Of a stretch of 64,000 nt of DNA, positions 24,293 through 37,819 are shown piece after piece. The DNA is taken from the NCBI GenBank assembly GCA_004022145.1, contig RCNU01000013.1. The stretch is one strand, 5' to 3'. This stretch comes from Paecilomyces variotii. Taxonomy: Eukaryota. A model generated the notes under the pieces. It had not been told where the DNA came from. It made no database searches and saw only the letters and a list, made by a program, of their open reading frames with translations. A program made the translations under genes and the position numbers. Position 1 is the stretch's first letter. The number at the start of each line of letters is the position of its first letter.

Positions 24293-27200
24293 ATGAGGGA
24301 TCAGCCGAATCCTAAAGGTCAATATGGGTTTGAGACGTCCCCTCCACCTTCTGAGGATGCCGGTCTGCTTGGGCTGAACAAAGACATACGGCAGTACGTT
24401 CGCAAGAAGGACGCAGAAGGGAGAGACGATGAGCCATGGCTATCGAAGCAAGAACTTCCTTCTTCTGATGAGATCATGGGCACAGAGATGGAAAACGATG
24501 ATTGCGTCGCCTTGATGCCTAATAGAATACTTGGTCCATGGCCGTCAAGTGGCGCATACCTGAGAGCACATTATGAGCTTCTAAGGGAAGATGCAGTCGC
24601 TCCTTTGAGAGATGCAGTCGCCTACGTCAAAGACGACCCACACATGATGGATTCACCGCTCCTAAACATCTACGAAAAGGTACGTGGAGTGCGAAGCGAG
24701 TACAAAGATCTTCATTCGGAATTCTGATGGACATCAGGTGTATATTACAGGAATTACTTTTGCGCAGAAAGGTGTGGCCGTAAAGGTCCGCTTCTCCACT
24801 GCACGAGCAGGAAAGAACATTGTGTGGGAATATACGAAACGGCTGATGAGCGGCACTATAGTTGCTTTGTCCCCAGCAAATGACTGCTTTCAGTCAAAAT
24901 GTGTAGTGGCTGTGGTGGCTGCCAGGCCTCTTGAGGGAGTAAAGCAGCAACCTCCCGAGATTGATCTACTCTTTGCTCGTGCAGAAGATGCGGACTTCGA
25001 TCCTCAGCAGGAATGGATCATGGTAGAAGCGAAAACCGGTTATTATGAGGCGCATAGACATACAATGACAGCTCTTCAAAAGATGGCTACAGAAAGGTGA
25101 GTCCCGTATTGTCACTTGGGAGGATGCGGCTGACATATATCAGCTTTCCTCTTGCGGAACATATTTGTCGTCTTGGTCTGGAATTGCAACCTCCAGAGTA
25201 CTTAACCGCTGATCCGCGTGTTAACATGGAGCCTATATTCCCGGATGATGCTGGAACGGACGAAATCAATGTGCTGGAAGCATGGCCACAGACACCCATG
25301 GGAAATCTAGATTCTTCTCAATGGGCTGCTCTCAACCAAATCCTTACGAAGGAATTGGCCCTCATTCAGGGACCCCCAGGCACTGGAAAGACGTTTGTAT
25401 CGGTAGTCGCTCTCAAAGTCATACTCACCCACATGCGGGAAGGAGATCCGCCTGTCATTCTTGCTGCCCAGACAAATCATGCCCTCGATCAGCTTCTACG
25501 CCATGTGTCTATGTTTCAAGGAAACTACATCCGCCTTGGCGGAAGAAGCACTGATGTCGATATCAAAAAACGCACCTTATTTGAAATCAGGAAGAAGCTA
25601 CCAATTCAAGTAGTCCCTGGGGGGCTTCTGGGACCTGCAAGAAAAGAACTTAGAAGACTGATTGATGAGATTTCCGCTCTCCTCAAGCCATTCAATCAGG
25701 AACGTTCTGGTTCACCACTTCCAGCGTCTTTTTTCCTAAAAGTGGGTGTTCTGTCTCAGTCACAATTCGATTCTCTCGAAAGAGGAGCCCAAGGTTGGGT
25801 ACGAGGTGGTTCAGGAAGCGATTCAGACCCAATAGTAAACTGGTTGGGTGACTACATATCAAAATTCGAAGTCGTTTATGACACCGAGAATTTCGGTTTT
25901 TCGGAGGATGATATTGACCTCGAGTACGAACAGCTCAAAGAGCTAGAAGCGGAACAGGGTATCGAGGACGATGATTTGGAGATCCTTCGAGGCACATTTA
26001 CCCATCTGAAAGAAAACTTTATGGGCCGCGGAATACCTTCTCTTTCTGAGAAGACGATTCAGGAAGTACACCTCAGACGTCACGACTTGTGGAGAATACC
26101 CGCCAATGTCCGCGGTTCTGTGTACAATACTCTTCGAAGGCTCGCCAAGGAGAAAATAACTGGGAAACTTCGGCAGTTCTTGCGCCTATACGACGATTGC
26201 TGTGTTGATCTACAGATTGGGAAATGGGAGCGGGACTACAATATTCTGAAGAGCGCCAAAGTAATCGGAATGACTACTACGGGGCTGAGCAAGTACCGAG
26301 CCCTGGTCTCTAGCCTCAAACCAAAGATTGTTATGGTTGAGGAAGCTGCAGAAGTGATTGAAGGTCCAGTCGCAGTGGCCTGCATCGAGTCTCTACAGCA
26401 TCTCATACTTGTCGGCGACCACAAGCAGCTCCAGGGCCATTGTTCTGTACAGGAGCTTGAAGGGGAACCTTTCTTCCTCAATGTATCCATGTTTGAAAGG
26501 CTCGTCCACAATGGTATTGATTTCAGGACCCTGACCAGACAGCGGAGAATGGCTCCCGAAATTCGCAAACTACTGAGTCCGATCTACAGCGATCTGCAGG
26601 ATCATCCTTCCGTCTTGGATCGCCCCAAAATCCCAGGTATGGGAGATATCAATACCTACTTCTTTCATCACACATGGCCAGAGAGTTCCGATAACCTTTC
26701 GTCCAAGTACAATCAGGATGAAGCACAAATGATGGTCGGTTTCTACTTTTACCTCGTGCTGAATGGAATGTCGGTGAATGACATTACTGTGCTTACGTTC
26801 TATAATGGTCAGAGGAAGAAGATACTGAAACTACTAAAAGATCACCAATACCTTCAGGGTCAGTATGTCAAGGTTGTCACCGTCGATTCCTACCAAGGAG
26901 AGGAGAACGAAGTTGTTATCTTATCACTTGTTCGGAGTAGCGAACGTGCGAACATCGGCTTCTTGTCCATTGAGAACAGAGTTTGCGTTGCTCTGTCCAG
27001 GGCGAAAAGAGGATTCTACATATTCGGAAATGGAGAGGCAGTTTCCCTCGCTGATCCACTATGGTGGGAAATCGTCTGCATTATGGGGGAAGATCAGTCA
27101 GGTCAACGAAGATTGGGTCGTCGTCTGCCGCTGACATGCGTCAAACACGGGAGAAGGTTCTATATTCGAGGTAACTTCTATATTTTGCGTTTTTCAATTA

Positions 27201-27934
27201 GATTTGCGACTAATCACTTTGTGTAGAATTAAAGGAGTGGCATGCTATCAATGGAGGTTGCGAGCTCAAGTGTGGAGAAGTTCTCTCTTGCGGTCACACT
27301 TGCGAACTTCGTTGTCATAGGTAGGTATATCGCGACTCCCATATTGGATGCATCATTGACGAGTCTCAATAGTTTCTCCCACGATCAAGTGAGCTGCAAT
27401 CAGATTTGTGGGAAACCACTTGCATGTGGGCATGTTTGTCGTGAGCATTGCTCCACCGGTCACCCGTGCCATTGCGAATGCAAACCACCTGCCGTCGAAC
27501 ATGTCACCATTGAGCGTCTCGCCATCGAACGTCTGGCTATGGAAGAAGTACGCCCGACTGTCAGAAGAACTGCTACAAACTCTTCTATCCCTGAGGAGAA
27601 GCACACCGAGCTCGTCCAAAAGTACCATAAATTCGTTAACGGCGGCGCTCAGGAACAAGATGCGTTCCTGAATGCCAGGGCCAAGGACATGGCTTCGGAA
27701 GAGTTGAAACAGCAGCTGGACGACGAGGCATTCAGAGACCTCTTCGGTGGCGAGAACGAGAATACTGCTTCGAAATCGTCTAAACCCCGTAGGGCGCCTT
27801 CGACGAAGCGCGTTCCTGATGGTAAGGGCGGTTACAGAGAGCGGTACGTCGACTATTTCAGCGCACGCACAACTCCAAGCAGAACGTCCAAGGAAAGTTC
27901 CCCAGGACAACACCTCTTGGATAATAGTGATTAA
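24293..27934 (+). CDS. UPF1-like SF1 RNA helicase with NF-X1-type zinc-finger region (Hrr1/ZNFX1-like)
   Basis: YLRAHYELLREDAVAPLR, Walker A QGPPGTGKT, QTNHALDQLL, VEEAAEV, LVGDHKQL, QRRMAPEIR, TVDSYQGEEN, RVCVALSRAKRG and Cys/His-rich CGHxC repeats; introns 24680-24737, ~25097-25143, ~27171-27226, ~27321-27372. Confidence 0.9.
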
Positions 27935-28585
27935 AGGTCCATTTCTTCCACTAGACCTCGAGAACTGGATGACTCTCAGCGGCTTTACTCACATTGCCGA
28001 CAAAAAGATGCTGTCTCACGCCAAGCTACTGGTAGAATAGAGGTCAAGTGGATAGAACCGGATACTGATGCACAGATATCATTTCGAAAAGCTCCAGGCC
28101 ACAATAGATGTTTTTAGTAATTGCATATTCCAATTCAGAAACATTCATTCCCAGATAGATACCTACTACTTACTAGCCAATTTGATGTATCGCGAAAGGC
28201 CCGGCTGATTCAGGGACGTCTCAGTGGCATCTACGCAGATCATCTTCGTCTTGTGACAACGTTGACAGGGATTGCCTCCAGAGCATCTGTAGCCTCTTCG
28301 AAAACAAGCGTCGCATTTCGGGAAAGTTGACGGAGTGATAGACAGAAGCTCCGATACCCTTGACTTCTGTGTCCGCCGCTGCGGTTTCCCTTCCCAAACA
28401 CTAAACGCATATTGAGGACTTTCTGCTCGGGATCAGTCCGACAGTTTGATCTGCTTGCGAGAACGCGATGAGGGTGGGGGCTAGAGCGGAGGTTTCCTTC
28501 CTACTGAGTCATTACCATGTTGCGCCCTCATCGCGTTTTCTTTCTGGGATGCTTGTTGGAAGTACTGGGTTATGTATGTACTTAG

Positions 28586-29532
28586 TCAGATTCCCGTGTA
28601 GTCTGTCATGGAGTTATTTACTTCCGCCCAGAACTCATACTCATCTGAGGCGAGAATCGAAGATGAAAGCTCTCTCCATGATGGCTCATCAGTTGCCCAT
28701 TTCAATCCAAAGTGTTCCCTTGAAGCGACACTGTACCCCGATGCACCCCAGTCAATAATACCAGTTATCTTATCATCGTCGATGATGATGTTGGTGGGAT
28801 GCAAGTCACCATGGGTGAAAGTCTTCCTCTCATCTTGGCCATTTTCCCCAGAGGAAAGGATCCTATCCGCTAGGATACAATCTCTTTTACCAATCAGTCG
28901 ATCATTTGGTCTTGATCTCTGGAGAGCAAGAATAATGCCTGCATTGAACTCTTTCCTGGTTTGGAACGGGCCGTATCGATAGGGCTTGGTTCCCCAGGGA
29001 TGCTTGAATATGACATCTTCACAAGGGCCGCCATCCACAGACCCAAAGAAAGTACCTTCAATTCTGCGCCATTGCTGTACGTAATCTTTGAGCTGCTGCA
29101 CGATAGATTTTCGAGCAGCGATAGACAGACGATCCCAGCATTCTTCGAGAGGAATACCTGGCATCCTCTCCATTAAAATAAACCCAATATCTTCAATCAT
29201 ATAAGCATTCAAAACTTTCGGGACAAGGCACATCGCTTCCGCTTCTCCCATTGAAACCCCATACCCCATTTTCAAAATCATAGACCCGCTAATCTCCAGG
29301 ATTTTACGACCACTAACCCTGTGGGGGCACAGGTCTCTCCCATTCCGAATTTCTTCACAAGTAACGATAGGTCGGGCTTGGTCTCTCATTGAAGGGGCAA
29401 AACGAACGTCGATAGGCGAGGATAATATATGGCAGACATATTCTCGAACATTATATTTGGTGGGCTATGAGACGGTTAGGTTGTAATCATGCTTGTGCTG
29501 TGTATTGTACTTACCTTGTCAACTTCTGCCAT
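28586..29532 (-). CDS. Aminoglycoside phosphotransferase-like (APH/choline kinase family) protein
   Basis: Brenner motif FTHGDLHPTNIII and Mg-binding IIDWG; GEAEAM..VPKV..ILMERMPG. Probable short first exon MAEVDK (29532) with an intron to ~29465 restores the frame. Confidence 0.85.
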
Positions 29533-30314
29533 TATTGTTGCTTCTCGAGGAAATTTTCATGTTGTTGTTGTTGTTGTATTTATTAAAGGCTACAAGAGAT
29601 GGGTAAAGCCTAAAGGCAAAATAGGAGAGAAGGGTAAGGGCCTTACTTAAAGGCCACATGACTTAGTGTGTCAAGTCAAATTGGTAGTATCTTCTTTTTC
29701 TACGGTCAACAAAAGACAAGTTGTTAAGGCTTATTTTCCTTCGTGTTGACCCTCTTTTTGAATTTCGCAGCCTTTATTGTTTCGCATAGAATTAAGGCCG
29801 TACGTTTGATTATTACCCCAAGCATCTCCCGAGTTGTATGCCCGCCCTTGTTGCCGCCTTCGAAATCGATGAGAATGGAATGGAAGACATCGAGGCTGAG
29901 ACTTACCAAAGGGTATCTTCCTGTAGCTAGTTGCATGTGATTAAGATCGCTAAGTACTTAGTCTAGGTCTGTTCGAATGAACGAAGCTAATGCATGTGCA
30001 TTTCGGCCGGTCCATCTCTACTGCATTTCCTGCTTGAATATACCGTACCATTGGGGGCCAATTTCCCTCCGCTCTTTCAACAAGCGAGGGGGCCGAAACT
30101 TGCCATTTGCAGATGGCCTTGAGCCATCGGAGACGCATGCATAGGCGCTATAAACAGCAACCTTCAGCTGAGGCCAGGAACGGCGCGACCTATTAATCCA
30201 CGGAGAAGTTGTCTGCTGGATAACAGCAGCTACAATTGTTTTAAATATAACTGCGCAATCCCTGCTGTTGTGTCTCTTCATTAAAACTCCTTAGGCGATA
30301 TACCTAGTTCGAAG

Positions 30315-32135
30315 ATGCTTTCGCGAATTTTCCGGGTATGGAGGCCAATCCTCCTCCTCTTCCTTAACCTGGTTCTTGCGGTGCATTCCACATCGCCTAA
30401 TTCGACATGTCGCTGTTTTCCGGGCGACAGCTGTTGGCCAACCATTCAGCAATGGCAGCAATTCAATGAGACAATTGGAGGCAGACTGATTGCCACGATA
30501 CCCATCGCCAGCGCCTGCCATAACGATGGTTTTTCGCCGTACAATGAAACACAATGCGCCCAGTTACAATCTGTCTGGGGATTTCCAGAGACTCATTATG
30601 AAAGCTCCTCTTCGATCATGGCTCCGTTCTTCGCGAACCAGAGCTGTGATCCATTCCTTCCTAAAGAAGCACGCTGCATCATCGGGACCTATATCCAGTA
30701 TGCAGTGAATGCGAGTAGCGCATTGGATGTCCAAAAGACGATCGCCTTTGTCAAAGGGCACAACATTCGCCTTGTCATCCGCAATACAGGCCATGATTAT
30801 CTCGGGAAATCGACGGGAGCAGGTGCTGTCGGTATCTGGACTCATCATATGAAAGATATTGAATTCCTCGATTACCGGTCTCCATCATATACCGGGAAGG
30901 CAGTCAAAGTGGGAGCCGGCGTGCAGATATTTGAGGTAAACGAAGCTGCGCACGCCCAAAGCCTCGTGGTGGTGGGAGGCAATTGCCAAACTGTAGGCAT
31001 TGCCGGAGGCTACTCCCAAGGAGGAGGGCATGGTCAACTCGCCTCCAAGTTTGGTCTTGCAGCAGACCAGGTACTGGAATGGGAGGTTGTCACAGCAGAT
31101 GGAGATCTTGTGACAGCATCGCCATCAGAAAATGCGGACCTTTACTGGGCCCTGGCGGGTGGTGGAGGTGGAACATATGGGGTTGTCTTGTCTATGACTA
31201 GCAAAGCCTACCCAGAACTTCAGACGGCGACAGCAAACTTGACTTTTACTAATACCGGCGTCTCTCAAGAGACTTTTCTTGAGGCTGTGCAGACATTCGT
31301 TACTGGTCTCAATCCCATACTGGATGCTGGCGGGGTGAGCATCTGGTTGTTGACCAATTCATCGTTTTCCACGACACCCACCACTCTTCCAGGGGGGACA
31401 AAAGCTGAATTACAGAACCTTCTGAGCCCGTCCCTCAAAGCATTAGAGAAGAGCAATATCACCTACAGTAAGTCATGAATGAATCTCCTGAATAGAAGGA
31501 TAATCGCTGATTCTCGCAGCTTATTTCATTGATGAGTTCTCGACTTATTATGAAAGCTACCAAGTGATGAACCCAGTCGCGAATATCACTGAAGCACAGA
31601 TGGGAGGACGACTCATTCCACGTTCTCTGATAGATTCGAATGCTGAAGCGCTCACGACCGCCTTCCGGAGAATTCTCGCCTCTGAGACTGGTGTGGTCCT
31701 TTCGGGAATCTCAGTAAACGTTTCGCGACAAGACGCGCCAGACAACGCTGTAAATCCTTTCTGGCGTGAGTCTGTACTGGACCTTGTGATTGGGACGTAT
31801 GTTTTTTTCCCTCCTTAAAGATTCTCTGAACTTGACTGATTCCCATATGCAGACCCTGGAGTTACACTGACTGGGATCACGACCTTGCTGATCGGAATCT
31901 AATCACCAATGAACTTCTCCCTATCCTCGAAAGATTAACTCCCGGAGGGGGCGGTTACCTCAACGAGGCGGATTCTGACCAGCCACACTGGCAACGGGTC
32001 TTCTATGGGTCGAACTACAAGGCCCTCTCCGCAATAAAAGAGAAGTATGATCCAGATCACATCTTCTACGCAGTGACCGGAGTAGGTAGTGAAAGGTGGA
32101 TACAGAAGGCAGATGGGAGGTTATGTAAGTTGTAG
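30315..32135 (+). CDS. Secreted FAD-linked oxidoreductase (berberine bridge enzyme-like)
   Basis: Signal peptide, CRCFPGDSCWP, RNTGHDYLGKSTG (flavinylated His), GGNCQTVGIAGGYSQGGGHG, DLYWALAGGGGGTYGVV, C-terminal BBE domain GYLNEAD..FYGSNY..L..IKEKYDPDHIF; introns ~31468-31519 and ~31797-31852. Confidence 0.92.
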
Positions 32136-32348
32136 AAGGCAGATAATTTGAGTTGATCCTGCAAATCTATTCAAGGTAGTACATAAGATGACAATTCCGA
32201 ATTTATGTTAGCAGATTTGAGCTTCTTCCTCTAATTCCATCCCTGTCAATAATACCACAGACTGCGATAAGCGGATAACCATCTTCTCCCATAGACATGG
32301 ACAGAAGAATGAAGGTCTCACAGGTATCCATTAGTTCCCTAGGTTCTC

Positions 32349-33335
32349 CTATGCAACTCTAGCACATAATGGCATGACATATACAGTCGTAATCCAGAGG
32401 TTCCAAATAATAAATGTTCTCTTATCGCTTCTCACATTGCGGAAGAGGAGTGTTCGAGCGGCAACGGCCCACGCCAATGCACAGCTTACACTGGCAAATA
32501 TAACATGGACATTCCAGAATATCGGACAGAACAGGCCCCATGCTAGCATTGGGACAGCAATACTCCATCGTGCTGCTCTGTCGCCAATCACCAATGGTAC
32601 TGTGCGACGTCCCCGTTCTGCGTCGCCTTCCTGATCATAAATATCCTGCGTATGGACTGTCGATATGATGATTCCCGCGACAACGAGCAGCCACGGCAAA
32701 AGACGTTGGGAGGAATAGAAAGGAAGAGGACCTCCGCCTAAAGCAACCTCCAACGCTCCTGATATGAAGCATAGATACCCCAGAGCATTGATGAGGTTCC
32801 GAACTAGAGGATTTGAGTCGGCGCCACCCATGTTGTTGTACCAGGTGCCGAGGACGAGTAGGCCCAGCGACTGGCGAAGCCCTCCGCTGAATAACAGACT
32901 GTATGTCTGAGCTGCAGCATAGAAGACCAACATCGTGTACTTTGCTTGTCCCGACGTCATGCGTTTGCTCGGAAGTGGTCTCCAAGGTTTATTCACAGAA
33001 TCCTCAGCAATGGCAGAGATATCGCGCTGGTTATTTATCGTGAACGGGAGAAGATTGATCCAGACCCAAACAAGAACAGCGGGGGTCTGTTGTAAAAGAA
33101 TATAAAAAAGTTTGGATTTTAGCGTCGGCGGGAGTGATAACGAGGGAAGGCCATAGCTCGGAGCTGCCAACGAGTTTGCGATCCCAAAGATAGTACTCGG
33201 GATTAAGATGGTCTTGAGGTCACTGAAAGTGAAGAGCCAGATAGAATATGAATGGTATAGCGAGTGGGAGAACAGTCCGATCAGGCTCTGACTGACGCCT
33301 GCGATAAAATAATGTATACGGACCTTTTCTCTCAT
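32349..33335 (-). CDS. UbiA-superfamily membrane terpene cyclase / prenyltransferase (Fma-TC-like)
   Basis: Multi-TM 328-aa ORF with IWLFTFSDLKTILIP, NQRDISAIAEDSVNKPWRPLPS, WYNNMGG..RNLINALGY and second Asp-rich motif HTQDIYDQEGDAERGRRTVP, as in fungal UbiA-type sesquiterpene cyclases. Confidence 0.85.
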   Translation of the reverse strand: MREKVRIHYFIAGVSQSLIGLFSHSLYHSYSIWLFTFSDLKTILIPSTIFGIANSLAAPSYGLPSLSLPPTLKSKLFYILLQQTPAVLVWVWINLLPFTINNQRDISAIAEDSVNKPWRPLPSKRMTSGQAKYTMLVFYAAAQTYSLLFSGGLRQSLGLLVLGTWYNNMGGADSNPLVRNLINALGYLCFISGALEVALGGGPLPFYSSQRLLPWLLVVAGIIISTVHTQDIYDQEGDAERGRRTVPLVIGDRAARWSIAVPMLAWGLFCPIFWNVHVIFASVSCALAWAVAARTLLFRNVRSDKRTFIIWNLWITTVYVMPLCARVA

Positions 33336-34204
33336 GTTGCCGTCCAGAAGAGTCAGAATGCCGCGGCTCGTTCCTATTGATTTTCTGAGCTAAAGGTTGT
33401 TTTTCATTATTTTAACAGGGGGAGGTAGGTGGCCTATTAATGGGTTCTAAGTACACTGAGCCATTCATTTTCTTGTATGTTCTTGGGCCCCATGGCCTAG
33501 TAGGCAATCGCCTACCTCCTTCACTTTGGGGCCTAGCCCAGAGCACAGCTTATAGTTATAGCTAGATAGCTGCTGGAGCTGGAGCTCGCTCTCTCCTAGG
33601 GAATACAAGCCCTTGACCAGTCCTTTCCTCTCTAGCGGCCATGATATCTCAATCCAAAATGCGTCGCGCCGACATAATGGAGACGACCAGAATACCCGTG
33701 CACCATGCTAGCAACTTCCGTTTTATCTAATAATATATGCAATGGTACCAGATAGACTTAGTTCCAGATATTTTGGAATACCATAGCGCCAGTGCTCGTC
33801 TCAGCGCCTACTAAGTCCCTAGTTTGTAAAAGTCGACACCCAACATTAGCTGCCAATTGCCAATCCGCAGTCTACGCACTAATGTATGCATCATGCCGAT
33901 CGGTGTACATAGCCACTATTTTTCGATTTTCAGCTAACATGGTAACATGCCGGCGGATATTCTAAGAAAAAGGGCCCCCAATCTGCAGCATCGGTCTGCA
34001 GGGATAGGATCGACGAGTCAGGTTCCAATGTGAATGTATGAGCTATTGAGCCTAAGCCTAATATTTATGCTCTTGTTTTTTGGGGCCCTGATTGGACAGA
34101 GATTGTTGAATGTCTCAAAATTGCCGCGATATATCTAGAGATTCTACCAGCAGAGAGCTCCTCACCATCCATCTTAATGTTCCCATAGTTACTGTACGAA
34201 AAAA

Positions 34205-36170
34205 ATGTTGCGAAATAATGTACTTGCAGCCGCCCTAGGTGTGCTCGCACATCAAGTTGTTTTCATACACGGAGAATGGCATTTGAGAGCGCCGGCCGTC
34301 GTCATTGTCCATTTTCTTATTGGTATATTCATATATACAACCGAGATATCGAAAGACGAACAGAATGGGCTCTTGTCTGCCACTGTTCTCGTCTGTCTAT
34401 ATCTTGCCTCTCTCCTCTCAAGTATCTCGATTTATCGTCTATTTTTCCATCCTTTAAGGCACTTTCCAGGTCCACGACTAGTAGCATTGACCAAACTATG
34501 GCACGTCTGGAAGTGCCGTGATTCCCGCGGCCATCATGTCTTGGATGAATGGCATAAGAGCTACGGAACCTTCGTGCGTACAGGTGAGTATGGTATTTGT
34601 CGAGTGTTCAATAAAACTTCGATATTAAAAACTTAGCACAGGTCCTGCAGAAATCACAATTTTCCATCCAGTAGCCTACCAGGCGATGGATGGACCCGGA
34701 AACCAGAACACTCGGTCCGACTGGTATGATCTTCTCTATCCACGGATTTCATCTATCTTTACTCGGGACCGAAAACTGCACAGCTCGCGCCGCAAGTTGT
34801 GGGAGCGGGCATTAAGCAGGAAAGGTGAGTCGTGTTCAGCCCGACTAAGTAACTAAGTAGCCAAAACCACGCCTGTACTGACACAAAGAGTCAAGCTCTC
34901 ATGGAATACTATGAAAGAGTTCGGGAAAAGGTTCATACTCTAGAAAGTCTAGTTATGTCCCAGAACTCCCGACCAGTGGATATCAACAAGCTGATGTACT
35001 GGTTTGCCTTCGATTCCATGGGAGATTTTGCCTTTAGTGAAGATTTCGGTATGATGAAGAACAAGGCTTGGCACCAGAACATTGTCATGCTGCGTTCTGC
35101 TCTCGCATTATTGGGGCCCTTGAGCCCGGCAATTTGGATTCCACGGCTGGGGTTCGCATTCATTCCTGGTCTTTGGAGAGTACGAGACTGGTTCCAAATG
35201 TTGGCCTTCTGTGACAAGTGTATGGAACGACGGATGAAACGGAAGGTTGAGAGCAAAGATATCGCGTCGTGGTTTATCGAGGATCATTTAACCCGCGAAC
35301 ATGATAGTAATCGACATCGCTGGCTTAGTGGTGATACTGCCACTCTCGTCGTGGCTGGAAGGTCAGTATCTTCTCACAGATCACTTGAAGCAAAGCTAGC
35401 AGCTGATTTATCTATGATAGTGACACAACTGCCCCCAGTCTCTCTATATTGTTTTATTTCCTGGCACGCTATCCAGAGCATGTTGAGAAGATCAACTTGG
35501 AGATCATGTCCGTCGACCACGAAGATCCAAATGCCTTGGCGGCCTTGCCGCATCTCAACGGCACTATCAACGAGGCAATGCGCCTTCTGCCAGCGGTGCT
35601 TACATTCAGTTCTCGAGTAACGCCCCCTGAAGGTATCACCGTTGAAAACACCTTTATTCCTGGGAATACTAAAATCTGCGCCCCACGCTATACGATTGGA
35701 AGACGTGAGTGAAGCTTGCTTCGAACAAAGATTGTATGACTAATTGTCTGGAATAGTTGAGTGTGCTTATGAGCAACCGAATGATTTTATTCCTGAGCGA
35801 TGGTATAGTCGGCCAGAACTGATCAAGGACAGACGTGCATTTGCTCCCTTTGGAGTCGGTACGCATTCTCTTCATTCCCTTCTTCTTTTGTATGACCCCC
35901 TCGAAACAACTCTTAATAACAACAACACTAGGTCACACGAGCTGTGTCGGAAAACACCTCGCCATCGCACAGATCCGGCTTGTTGCTGCCAACCTGATCG
36001 CTCGGTATCGTATCGAGTTTGCTCCCGGTGAAGGTAGTGGAGAAGCAGTCGAAAGAGATATGAAGGATCAGCTTACCGCTCGGCCTGGACGATTCCATCT
36101 CATTTTTGTGCCACGAAGGATGGATACTTTGCCTGTTGGAAATGAAGAAAGTAAAGGTCTTGTTCAATAG
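34205..36170 (+). CDS. Cytochrome P450 monooxygenase
   Basis: N-terminal TM, HPLRHFPGP, I-helix VVAGSDTT, ExxR (NEAMRL), FIPERW and heme motif FGVGHTSCVGKHLA, assembled across 5 GT-AG introns with consistent phases. Confidence 0.95.
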
Positions 36171-36262
36171 CTATTTCCGGGAATAGGAATTTTGATAAAA
36201 TATGATTGTTTCTTGGTTCTTGCATTATAATGACAGAGTTTGAGTATAGAAGATCTCCTTGT

Positions 36263-37162
36263 TTACGGATTTGGAAGGAATCCCCACGAGACATGAATGT
36301 CAAACCTCACGTAGCAACCCGACTGGATATCTGCCTCTGCTTGACGCTCCAGTTCGTCCAGCCGTTCTGAGCTCAAGGCGCCGGGAGCGCCCTTCGAGGC
36401 CATGAGTCGTGCCCACGAGAATATCGCAGTCATTCCGTTTGCTGTCAGGGCTTTACGCGTTTCCGGGAGTCGATCCGAGCTGACAATGTCCTCCTGCACC
36501 TGCTCCAATCCAGCGGCCTTCATATCCTGCGGCAGAGTAGACCAGCCGTGTGAGAACCGAGTCTGCAGGCCATCCCGGAACAAACGTCCCATGAAGCGTG
36601 CCGCTGCGACTGTCGATTCCGGCTGGCCACGATAGTGTTGGACTCCAATGAAATTGCACTCCTCCCACTGCATCGCACCCCCAGGCTTCAAAAGCTGTGC
36701 CAAGTTCTGTACTACGCTGCTCCATTCATCTGGCTGCAGACCAGCTGCTATCAAGCGAACATGCACTAAGTCATAAGTGCCACGTAATGCCGGAGGCACG
36801 GGCTGCCGAGCATCCAGGGTAGATAGGTTGACGTTAGGTGGGCGGCTAGAGGGAGGATAGAATAGGGCTGGCGAAAGATCATATCCATCTAGCGTGGCGG
36901 ATGAATAAACGGGCGCTAACATGTGGAGGAAGATCCCCGTGCCAGTGCCCACATCGGCGATCCGAGGATTTGGGGGCAGCCGCTGGGCGATTTCAGGATG
37001 CACAAGGTAACTCAGGTTTCTGTGCTCGTTGCTAATCAGTAACGATGAAGAAATTTGGCCTGCCTCCGACGGAACTCACTTGGTGAGCAGATCAAACTGC
37101 TGATCGAGTCTAGAAGCTTCAGCTTGGTGACGACTCATGACTTCCACGTACGAGTCGGACAT
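36263..37162 (-). CDS. Class I SAM-dependent methyltransferase (LaeA-like family)
   Basis: EASRLDQQF, SAM motif IADVGTGTGIF, YDLVHVRL, LLKPGGAMQWEE; one intron ~37022-37079. Confidence 0.9.
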
Positions 37163-37819
37163 GGTGGATAACTCAGGGACCAGTCAACGAATAGATGCGG
37201 ATGGTATAGTTGATGGATAAGAACTTAGACTCCCGTGAAGGTGCAACAGTTCCTAAATATGCCCCGTCACTCGCAGAATAGAATGCCTACTAACCGCCAG
37301 GGTTTCCTGGTATACATCTGCTCCGGGTCATGGCGGCGGTATGTTCGCAATGGAAACTCGAAAAGGTAAGGGGTGTTAAGCTCTCAAGTTGCGCTATCGG
37401 CTTCTGCACATCAGATAAACAGAGAATAGTTCCTGATCCGGGGTTCTTAATGCAGATTGCCGCAGGGTGCATATGGCCCCCAAACTAAAGACATCATCTC
37501 TTCTTTCCGACCAACACTCAAGCATCAATTGCTAGTGCAACCGTAGTGTATGCATGCTGCATACACTGCTGTTGACATGGATATGAGACGTAATGTCATG
37601 TATTCCCGGATGTTACGTGGGGGCCGTTATGCACAGTTGATGTTGTACATAGTGTACAGACTGCATACTCAGGCCCCCAACACTCTGCGCTTTCCCAGTC
37701 GATCACCTTGATTATCATTTCACGGACAGATATATCTCTGATAATATGGTGTCGACTTTCTGGAATCATGTTCATTCGAAACGGGGAGCAAGGTTCTGTC
37801 TAGGAAGAAGAGAGCAACC

